Shown here piece by piece: positions 1-7,414 of a DNA stretch of 11,678 bases. Both the position numbers and the translations under genes were made by a program. The DNA is taken from assembly GCA_964447495.1 (NCBI GenBank), contig CAYUTF010000041.1, positions 1-11,678 on the forward strand. The letters are read 5' to 3'. The notes under the pieces are model-generated. The model did not search any database, was not told the DNA's origin, and worked only from the letters and a program-made list of their open reading frames with translations. The DNA comes from an uncultured archaeon (GTDB lineage: Archaea > Asgardarchaeota > Lokiarchaeia > Sigyniarchaeales > SOKP01). The number at the start of each line of letters is the position of its first letter. Positions within the stretch are counted from its first letter, which is position 1.

Positions 1-45
1 AATAATAAAACTTTTTGGATTAATTAAATTTTTACTCAATAATCA

Positions 46-63
46 CTTAATTAGGTAATTAAG
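46..63. promoter_or_regulatory. Perfect inverted repeat upstream of aor, candidate operator
   Basis: CTTAATTA-GG-TAATTAAG, 8-bp arms, 33-50 bp upstream of ATG 96. The AT-rich context lowers its significance. Confidence 0.35.
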
Positions 64-95
64 GATAAAATTCTAATAAGACAGCTTGAATTAGA

Positions 96-1964
96 ATGAA
101 TCAATTATTTGGGGATATCAATTATGGTTTTTCTGGTAAACTCCTTAATATAAACCTTAATAAGCGGATATCTTCAAAAGAAAAGCTTAATAATAAGTAT
201 GCAAACCAATTTTTTGGCGGAGCTGGTTATGCTTGTAGATATTTATTCGACAATATAGAAAGAGAGACTGATCCTTTATCTGCTGAAAATATCTTATTCA
301 TTATGAATGGCCCGTTCACTTTAACTAATGCACCTTTATTTAGTAGATTTGTTATATGCGCTAAATCACCATACACAGGTTTATGGGGCGAGTCTAACTG
401 CGGAGGAACATTTGGTCCAGAATTAAAGAGAGCGGGTTATGATGGTATTATTATTAAGGGTCAATCAAAAGATCCAATAATCATCAGTATTAGAGATAAC
501 AATGTTGAATTTTTTGAAGCGGAAGATTTATGGGGAAAGGGGATCAATAAAACAAGGAATTTACTAAAAGATAATATAGAATTTAAAAATTCAAAAATCC
601 TTTGTATCGGACAAGCGGGAGAAAATCAAGTAAAATTCGCTAATATTAATGCAGAAGGAAGATCGGCAGGAAGAACTGGTATGGGTGCTGTGATGGGGTC
701 AAAAAATCTAAAAGCAGTATTAGTTCAAGGTACTTCATTCAAACCTATTGTTGCTAATCCAAATAAATTTAAATCTTCAGTCAAGCATCTAATCAAATAT
801 TTAATAAATTCAGATTCCACCAAAGTTTTAAGGCATTATGGAACAAGTGCAGGAGTTTTAGGAGCTTATACAATAGGAGATCTTCCAATTAAATATTGGT
901 CAAAGGGGCGATGGAATAAAATTGATGATATTTCAGGAGAAAAACTAAGAGAGAATTTTTTAGTAAAAAATAACCCTTGTTTTGGTTGTGTGATAGGTTG
1001 TGGTAGAATTATAAAAATTAACAATCAATACCATAAAATCCTTGAATGTGAGGGTCCAGAATATGAAACAATCGCAGGATTTGGTTCAATGATACTAAAC
1101 AATGATCTTGAATCAATTGCAATTGCGAATGATATGTGTAATGATTATGGTCTTGACACGATTAGTACTAGTGGAGTCATAGCTTTCATTTATGACTTAT
1201 TCAATAAGGCATTGATAAATATTGGTGAGGTTGATGATCTTAGACTTGATTGGGGGAATAGTGATTCAATGCTAAAATTAATTACAAAAATCGCTAAGAA
1301 AGAAGGAATAGGGAAAATACTAGCTGAAGGCTCAAATAAAGTGGGAAAAAAATTCAATATTTCAAGAGATGATATTGCTACAATCAATAATTTAGAAGTT
1401 CCATATCATGATATGCGATTTTGTTATGGTATGGCTTTAACTTATGGATTTAGCCCAAGAGGGCCTTGTCATACTACGGCTGATGGCTTTAAGGTACTAC
1501 GAAAAGACAATCAGATAGATTTTTCTAGTCTTGGCATAAAAAAAATAAAAATGAATTCAAATAATAAAATAATGGCAAAAAATATCGTGAAAATACAAGA
1601 TTATAGGTCAATTTATTCAAGTTTAATTAATTGTTATTTCTCTAATCCACCACCTTCTTACATATGTGATCTTATTACACATTTAACTGGTGCTAATTTT
1701 GACATGACTCTTTTACAAATTTTCGGTGAGAGAATTTTTAATATGAAGAGATTATTTAATTTAAAAATGGGGTTGACATCAGAAAATGATTTTGTTCCTA
1801 AGATTCTTTTGGAACCTTTAAATGAGGGCCCAATAAAAGCAATGAGTCCAAATTTTAAGAAATTAAGAAAATACTATTATGGATATAGAAATTGGAATCC
1901 AATAAATGGTAAACCTAATCAAAAATTACTAAAAAAGTTAAAACTCGAGGACCTAAAATTCTAA
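96..1964 (+). CDS. aor: Aldehyde:ferredoxin oxidoreductase family (W-bis-pterin, 4Fe-4S) enzyme
   Basis: 622 aa with AOR-family motifs: KSPYTG, ESNCGG..GPELKRAGYDGIII, GRTGMGAVMGSKNLKAV, CFGCVIGCGR (CxxCxxxC Fe-S ligands), EYET, DYGLDTIS, RGPCH, SLINCYF (likely 4th Cys) and GERIFNMKRLFN. The substrate subfamily cannot be assigned by eye. Confidence 0.93.
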   Translation: MNQLFGDINYGFSGKLLNINLNKRISSKEKLNNKYANQFFGGAGYACRYLFDNIERETDPLSAENILFIMNGPFTLTNAPLFSRFVICAKSPYTGLWGESNCGGTFGPELKRAGYDGIIIKGQSKDPIIISIRDNNVEFFEAEDLWGKGINKTRNLLKDNIEFKNSKILCIGQAGENQVKFANINAEGRSAGRTGMGAVMGSKNLKAVLVQGTSFKPIVANPNKFKSSVKHLIKYLINSDSTKVLRHYGTSAGVLGAYTIGDLPIKYWSKGRWNKIDDISGEKLRENFLVKNNPCFGCVIGCGRIIKINNQYHKILECEGPEYETIAGFGSMILNNDLESIAIANDMCNDYGLDTISTSGVIAFIYDLFNKALINIGEVDDLRLDWGNSDSMLKLITKIAKKEGIGKILAEGSNKVGKKFNISRDDIATINNLEVPYHDMRFCYGMALTYGFSPRGPCHTTADGFKVLRKDNQIDFSSLGIKKIKMNSNNKIMAKNIVKIQDYRSIYSSLINCYFSNPPPSYICDLITHLTGANFDMTLLQIFGERIFNMKRLFNLKMGLTSENDFVPKILLEPLNEGPIKAMSPNFKKLRKYYYGYRNWNPINGKPNQKLLKKLKLEDLKF

Positions 1965-2041
1965 GAATAAAATATATATAATTTTAATTCCCTTTTTTCA
2001 ATATCTAAACTAATCTAGAGTACCTTTAAAACGTGATAATA

Positions 2042-2746
2042 ATGATGGAACGAAATGAGGAACATATTGTTGGAGGCGGAAAAATTCGAAGTATAATACT
2101 TGGACTTAATGATGGCTTAATATCAACTTTCACATTATTAGTGGGAGTTGCTGCGGCATCTTTTGCTGGGGGCGTAGGTACTAATATTATTATTTTGACA
2201 GGCATAGCTGCTATGGTATCAGGTGCGGTAAGTATGGGACTTGGAGAATATATCTCATCAAAATCAGAATATAAATATATTAAAAATGAAATTAAAAAAG
2301 AGAAAGCGGAAATTGAATTATTTCCAGAAGAAGAGAAACAAGAAGTAAAAAATTATTTTGAAAAGATGGGATTAGAGGGTAATACATTAGATGCCTGTGT
2401 GGACTCTATTACAAATAAAAAGGAGACTTGGCTTAATTTTTTAGTAAAAAGCGAACTGGGATTGGATGAACCCGAATCACCCTTAATAGGGGCTTTATTA
2501 ACATTTATAGCCTTTGTTATTGGTTCTCTAATCCCTCAAATTCCATACTTTTTAAGTATAGGATTTATTTCTTTGGTATTTTCATCAGTTGTATCGTTTA
2601 GTTCGCTCTTTATAGTAGGAGCTTTAAAAACCAAAATCACGGGTGAGAGGAAGATTAAGGGGGCTCTTGAAATGTTAATTATTGGTATTATTGCTTTTTG
2701 TATTTCTTACCTAATTGGATTGTCATTAGAACAGTTGATTTCGTAA
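2042..2746 (+). CDS. VIT1/CCC1 family Fe2+/Mn2+ transporter
   Basis: Motifs IILGLNDGL, GAVSMGLGEYISSKSE, a Glu-rich cytoplasmic metal-binding segment (EIKKEKAEIELFPEEEKQE...ELGL) and three C-terminal TM helices. The ORF track starts at GTG 2033, but GTGAT there looks like an RBS for ATG 2042 or 2045, so the start is uncertain. Confidence 0.92.
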   Translation: MMERNEEHIVGGGKIRSIILGLNDGLISTFTLLVGVAAASFAGGVGTNIIILTGIAAMVSGAVSMGLGEYISSKSEYKYIKNEIKKEKAEIELFPEEEKQEVKNYFEKMGLEGNTLDACVDSITNKKETWLNFLVKSELGLDEPESPLIGALLTFIAFVIGSLIPQIPYFLSIGFISLVFSSVVSFSSLFIVGALKTKITGERKIKGALEMLIIGIIAFCISYLIGLSLEQLIS

Positions 2747-2753
2747 AAAAAAA
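2745..2753 (-). terminator. Oligo-T terminator candidate after rubrerythrin
   Basis: T9 run on the minus strand 34 nt after the rbr stop, overlapping the stop codon of the convergent VIT1 gene. Confidence 0.45.
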
Positions 2754-2787
2754 GTATCCTTTTATACCTTAATAAAATCGTATCTAC

Positions 2788-3360
2788 TTATAACTTGATT
2801 TCATCAAAAAATTGTTGATCATGTCCACAATTAGGACAAATTAAAGGAAGCTGACTTAATTCAACATTTCCACAGATTTTACAAAGATAAACACCAATAT
2901 CACTTACATCTCTTCCACTTTCAAGAAGTTTTAAATATTTTGTAAACAGCGTACAATGTACTTTTTCTGCTTTTCTTGCTAAATTAAAACTAAATTCAGC
3001 AAGGTAAATGTCTTCTTGTCTAGCATTTTTAATATATCCCTTATACATTTTTTTAAATTCATAAGTTTCCCCGGAAATAGCTTGAATTAAATTATTTCTA
3101 GTAGTATTGACACTATTTAATAATTCAGAATCATTAGAGCTAACAATATCATCAATTTTGAATGATTCATTTGTAATTTTTTCTAAAGCTTGAAGGTGGT
3201 TTTTAATGTGAACTGCTTCAGCTAAAGATACAGCTTTAAATAATTTTGCAATCATAAAATGGTTTTCTTTAAGAGCTAACTTTGAAAATAACTCATATTT
3301 ACATTTTGCTGTGTTTTCACCAATAATTGCTTCTTTTAGGTTTTCAATTACACTATTAAT
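2788..3360 (-). CDS. rbr: Rubrerythrin (diiron four-helix bundle plus C-terminal rubredoxin-like domain), about 190 aa
   Basis: The frame stays open upstream of ATG 3255 to a TAG at 3361-3363 and encodes INSVIENLKEAIIGENTAKCKYELFSKLALKENHF, the rubrerythrin helix 1. Ligand motifs are GE(N), EAVH, GETYE..MY, EKVH and CKIC-x11-CPNC. The start is inferred at ATT 3358-3360; the ORF track start of 3255 would truncate the protein. Confidence 0.9.
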   Translation of the reverse strand: MNSVIENLKEAIIGENTAKCKYELFSKLALKENHFMIAKLFKAVSLAEAVHIKNHLQALEKITNESFKIDDIVSSNDSELLNSVNTTRNNLIQAISGETYEFKKMYKGYIKNARQEDIYLAEFSFNLARKAEKVHCTLFTKYLKLLESGRDVSDIGVYLCKICGNVELSQLPLICPNCGHDQQFFDEIKL

Positions 3361-3517
3361 CTAGATCAATCTCTTGAGATGTTATAATTGTGATTAATGA
3401 ATTTTTATTTTTTATTATAACGATTTATGTCTTTTTTAGATTTTTTTAAGAGATTATCTGCTCTTGCAAAATTTTAATCAAGATAATATATTAAAATAAA
3501 TATACAGAATGAATTTT

Positions 3518-3526
3518 AAAAAAAAA
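3518..3526 (-). terminator. Oligo-T terminator candidate after mcm
   Basis: T9 run on the minus strand 11 nt after the mcm stop codon. Confidence 0.55.
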
Positions 3527-3537
3527 TGTAACTTCTA

Positions 3538-6500
3538 TTATTCTTCTTTATTTGTAAATCGAATAAAATTATTTTTCGGTTCGTAAAGTGTACCTTCTTT
3601 GACAAGTTCTTCTAAGGCATCTTTAATCCATTTCTCATCTAATTCTTCTTCTAATTCAAGAATTTCTATGACATTTCTCTTTTCTAATGCTTTCCAATTA
3701 TTTTCTTCGAAAATTTCTTTTAATCTATTCAACAATTTATCAAGTTTACTAATAGAACTTCTTGATTGGCCTACTAAAATTCTATCCATATCGATTTTTC
3801 CTGTTGTTTCATCGTACCCCGTATCTTTTAGGTACCTTTTAAATAATTTTATTATTTCATCTACATCCTCTCTCAGTACTTTATTTCTCAGTGCCATCTT
3901 TGCATAAGCTTCACTTAATCTAACGAGAGCATCTAAATTTCTAGCTAAGATGGATACAATTGCATCCTCACTATCATAATCCCCTCTTAAATTTAAGTAA
4001 TAATCTTTGATTCTATCCTTTGCTTCATCAGTCAATAACGGATCACAGGTTCTCCGAGCATGTTTAATATATTTTTTTAGCAAAGCGCTATTAATTGGTG
4101 CCGAAATATCTGTTTTGTCATTATTTTGAGAGTCTTTTCCTAACATTGAATTTTGCAGTATAAATTCTGCCATTTGAGCATCATTTGTTGGATCAGGTTT
4201 ATCAATAACAACAAAGATCAGATCAAATCTAGATAAAAGCGAAGGGGGTAGATGTATATTTTGTGTTGGAGTTTTATATCTATCATATCTCCCAGAACGG
4301 GGGTTTGCTGCCGCAATAATTGCTGTTTGAGCTTTTAAAGTAGCCACTATTCCTGCTTTTGCAATACTTACGGTGTTATGAAGAATTACTCCTTGACTAA
4401 TAAAAGTATGATTTGGTTCTACGGTTATATCATAAACCCAAGGTGTATATTTACTATCTACGTTATTTATTAGTTCAATTTTCTTTATTCTGTCCCAATT
4501 TATTTCAGAATTTAATAAAGAATGTAATTTATCGATTTTATATTTAATTTCTTCGCAATGATTCTTTAATGATTTGATAATCTTCTTTCGAATAATTTCT
4601 CTTCTTTTTGAATTATATCCATTTCTTTCATAATAATCTATATTACCTCGTGTTAAACTACATATTTGAGCAATGTCATATTGAGAAAATCCAGTTATAT
4701 TTCTAAATTTCTTAATATTCTGAAATTCTTTAATTGCATCAATAATTCTACGAAATTTTCCTTTAATTAGATTTAAATCATTAGTAAATACATTTCTAGT
4801 AATACCATGATTTTTCTTTAAGTGTCTGTAATAATAACCATTATGTACTATTGCTAAATCATGTTTAAGTTTTATAATAGATTCTATTACAGAATTTGGG
4901 AAAATATCATGATGATATATTTTTATTTTATTAGGTTTAATTAAGTTTTTTACTTTTTCATAACGTTTGTCATTTATTTTGATTATTTCATTAAACAATT
5001 TAATTAAAGAATGTCCACGGATGTATACTTTGAATGAATCATTATATTTATCATAAACAATCCGGGAATGAATTCCTAACTTCAATAATAAATCTTGATA
5101 ATCCTCACTTAAACCTTTAGAAGCAGTTCGATAACACATTGCCGTTGACTCAACACTTCCATCACCTTTAAAAGCGCTAATTAAGAATGCTCTTGCAATT
5201 TCAACACTAGCTGCTAAAATTTTAGAAGGGATTCTCTTCTCTTTTGAGATTCTCATTACTTCTGAAAAATTTTCCAGCATCCAATGATATAAATTTATTG
5301 AGATATATCTTAGAGTAAATAAGCCATCTTCTCGGATGTTTATACTTGGTTCAAGATTGAAAGAATCTCTCATCAAATTACGAAATTCTCTAATTATAGT
5401 ATTATCCATGTTAGAAAAACCTATTTCTGCTCCAGAACCATTATAACTATGTCCTTCCGTAACTATATAACCTAGAATTCTTGCTATATTGGTATCTAAC
5501 TGTTTTGGGGTATGTATTTCCTTAGCAAGTGAGTGACTTGAGTATTCAAACTCGCAAAGTGGGATTGTTTGACAAGAATTAGGTATATAATTTGGTATTG
5601 GGATAAAATCATCCTCAGTACAATCGCATGCTTTAATACAGAATAATTGACCATCACGATAAACATATACTGGGTGTTCTGGTGTAATTCTAACGCGTCG
5701 TCCATTTGTAAATGTAAGTTCATAAAATATATCGGGAGCTTTATGACGACTAACTCGATTTACTTTAGTCTTAAATATTCTATTAAAATCAGTGGTGTAA
5801 AGACTTAGACTATCATATTGCAAAATTTGACAGTCTATACCATTAATAACACGCTCTTTATGTTTTTCCATTAAATTATCAATGAAATCTCCTATAATAA
5901 CTCTTTTTCCTTCTGTAGTAAGAATTTCAGTATTATAGTGGTAAGATTGTTGTTCCATCGCTTCATGAAGAGCAGATCTATCTTGGGGATCCATTTTGTC
6001 AAACTCATCAATCGCGGCAATACCACCATTGGCTAGCACAACAGCTCCCGCTTCAAGATTCATTTGACCTGTGTCTGAATCTTTGATTACTGCTGCTGTT
6101 AAACCCACCGCTGTAGAACCCTTTCCAGATGTATATATCCCCCGTGGGGATATATCTATGGCACTTTTTAATATTTCTGATTTCCCAGTTCCGGGGTCTC
6201 CCACAAATAATACATGAATATCACCTCTTTTAATACCCCCATCGGGTTTTCTCTTCCTTGTTCCAGCAAATAAACTTAAAGCACAAGCCATTTTCAAATC
6301 TTCTTGACCATAAATTGTAGGAGCAATCGATCTTGCAATTTTTTTTTGAACCATTGGTTCTTTTGATAATTTTTCAATTTCTTTTTTATCTTCTTTAGAT
6401 AAATCTGTTAAATCATCAGTTTTATCTTCAGGATCAATTAAATTTACATCTATATAAGTTTTAAACAGGGTACTATTGATGCTTTTTGTCGATTGAGCCA

Positions 6501-7236
6501 ATACAGATTTATATGTTCCTACAACTTTAACCCTATCTCCAGGTTTTACCGTATCTACCAAATCATGTTTTAAAATTGATTGTATAGATCTAGGAATTCT
6601 ACCAGCAGGTAAATCTTCTGGAATTTCTTGAATAGTCACACTTTGCCAATCTATAAATGTTGAATTTTTCGATATTAAACGAAAATCTGATTGTGCTTTT
6701 GCTTTGCAACTTTTTTTAATGCAAAATTTAGGCCACTTAATTCTTGAAGTAAGCTGAGTTACATTAAATTGAGTTTTACAAACCAAACACTCAAAAGTTG
6801 CATCAATTAATTTAGGTCTTATAGTAGAAATTCTGATTAAAATTCCTTTATAAGCTACCAGAGTATCTATATGTTTTGCTCTTAATCCTCTTAATGGAAT
6901 AGTTAATGGGCTTTTTTCATCTTTTGTGGAGATCCTAACAAAAAAATCTTGATCGATGGCTTTAGATCCTTGAAATTTTAAAGTGTTCTTGAACGCGTTA
7001 ATTGCTTCTTCAATTAAGGTTTCAGGATCTCTTCTCAACATCTCAGCTAATTGTGAATCAAATGCAAGAAGATCCTCGTAAAAAATTACTAAAGTATTGC
7101 TACTTTTAGAAATGATATCATTAATTTGCTCTTGATATTTATAAACCCCCGGTTTATCTTCAAATAGGCGATAAAAATCTTCAAATCTTTGAGTTTTATG
7201 AATCGGTACACTAGAACTAGAAGCAGGAGTTGCCAA
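3538..7236 (-). CDS. mcm: Replicative helicase MCM, intein-containing precursor (1232 aa; 708 aa after splicing)
   Basis: Zn finger CLVC-x18-CIKKSC, DWQSVTIQEIPEDLPAGRIPRS, Walker A GDPGTGKS (6178-6201), Walker B IDEFDKM, LHEAMEQQ|TVSIAKAG, AAANP, Arg finger SRFD, a sensor-2-like ARNLDALVRLSEA and a C-terminal winged helix. TTG start is forced by an in-frame TGA at 7243-7245 and preceded by AGGTGA. Confidence 0.97.
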   Translation of the reverse strand: MATPASSSSVPIHKTQRFEDFYRLFEDKPGVYKYQEQINDIISKSSNTLVIFYEDLLAFDSQLAEMLRRDPETLIEEAINAFKNTLKFQGSKAIDQDFFVRISTKDEKSPLTIPLRGLRAKHIDTLVAYKGILIRISTIRPKLIDATFECLVCKTQFNVTQLTSRIKWPKFCIKKSCKAKAQSDFRLISKNSTFIDWQSVTIQEIPEDLPAGRIPRSIQSILKHDLVDTVKPGDRVKVVGTYKSVLAQSTKSINSTLFKTYIDVNLIDPEDKTDDLTDLSKEDKKEIEKLSKEPMVQKKIARSIAPTIYGQEDLKMACALSLFAGTRKRKPDGGIKRGDIHVLFVGDPGTGKSEILKSAIDISPRGIYTSGKGSTAVGLTAAVIKDSDTGQMNLEAGAVVLANGGIAAIDEFDKMDPQDRSALHEAMEQQSYHYNTEILTTEGKRVIIGDFIDNLMEKHKERVINGIDCQILQYDSLSLYTTDFNRIFKTKVNRVSRHKAPDIFYELTFTNGRRVRITPEHPVYVYRDGQLFCIKACDCTEDDFIPIPNYIPNSCQTIPLCEFEYSSHSLAKEIHTPKQLDTNIARILGYIVTEGHSYNGSGAEIGFSNMDNTIIREFRNLMRDSFNLEPSINIREDGLFTLRYISINLYHWMLENFSEVMRISKEKRIPSKILAASVEIARAFLISAFKGDGSVESTAMCYRTASKGLSEDYQDLLLKLGIHSRIVYDKYNDSFKVYIRGHSLIKLFNEIIKINDKRYEKVKNLIKPNKIKIYHHDIFPNSVIESIIKLKHDLAIVHNGYYYRHLKKNHGITRNVFTNDLNLIKGKFRRIIDAIKEFQNIKKFRNITGFSQYDIAQICSLTRGNIDYYERNGYNSKRREIIRKKIIKSLKNHCEEIKYKIDKLHSLLNSEINWDRIKKIELINNVDSKYTPWVYDITVEPNHTFISQGVILHNTVSIAKAGIVATLKAQTAIIAAANPRSGRYDRYKTPTQNIHLPPSLLSRFDLIFVVIDKPDPTNDAQMAEFILQNSMLGKDSQNNDKTDISAPINSALLKKYIKHARRTCDPLLTDEAKDRIKDYYLNLRGDYDSEDAIVSILARNLDALVRLSEAYAKMALRNKVLREDVDEIIKLFKRYLKDTGYDETTGKIDMDRILVGQSRSSISKLDKLLNRLKEIFEENNWKALEKRNVIEILELEEELDEKWIKDALEELVKEGTLYEPKNNFIRFTNKEE
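4375..5946 (-). mobile_element. Intein (524 aa, precursor residues 431-954) with LAGLIDADG homing endonuclease
   Basis: It interrupts the conserved EAMEQQ|TVSIAKAG. Block A SYHYNTEILTTEG, block B ITPEHPVY, endonuclease blocks LGYIVTEGH (5449-5475) and LISAFKGDG (5158-5184), block H SKGLSEDYQDLLLKLGI, block F VYDITVEPNHTF, block G VILHN followed by Thr+1. Confidence 0.96.
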
Positions 7237-7242
7237 ATAGTT

Positions 7243-7248
7243 TCACCT
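7243..7248 (-). promoter_or_regulatory. Shine-Dalgarno site of mcm (AGGTGA)
   Basis: Minus strand reads AAAGGTGAAACTAT-TTG: an archaeal-type SD 6 nt before the TTG start. Confidence 0.8.
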
Positions 7249-7290
7249 TTTAAATTAAAGTTATATACCACAATTATTTTTTATGATTTT

Positions 7291-7315
7291 TTAATTCGTT
7301 ATATTAACGATTTAA
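7291..7315. promoter_or_regulatory. Imperfect palindrome overlapping the candidate mcm TATA box
   Basis: TTAAtTCGTTA-tat-TAACGAtTTAA has 10 of 11 arm positions complementary. The minus strand contains TTAATATA at 7307-7300. Confidence 0.5.
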
Positions 7316-7414
7316 GCTTATTAAACTGTAAATAATATTTATTGGAAAAAAATAATAAGACTGGTTAAATTTAGTAATATTTATTTTTGGTTTTTAGCAA
7401 AGTGAGTTATAAAT

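Noticed and set aside
1190-1387. 65-aa antisense ORF inside aor
   Set aside because: Shadow ORF opposite a well-conserved gene, with no recognisable motif.
3369-3465. Short inverted repeats ATCTC-TT-GAGAT (3369-3380) and AAGAG-N8-CTCTT (3448-3465)
   Set aside because: 5-bp arms are too weak to call a riboswitch, operator or terminator.
3599-7271. Small ORFs 3599-3907 (+), 5496-5723 (-) and 7089-7271 (-) overlapping mcm
   Set aside because: Antisense or alternate-frame by-products. The mcm/intein frame is continuous, so no frameshift is needed.
7333-7385. Direct repeat TAATATTTATT at 7333-7343 and 7375-7385
   Set aside because: Pure A/T sequence in a very AT-rich spacer, likely by chance.
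7237-7414. Possible replication origin next to mcm
   Set aside because: No ORB-like repeats with G-strings and no cdc6/orc1 in the window. The spacer is short and explained by promoter and RBS elements.
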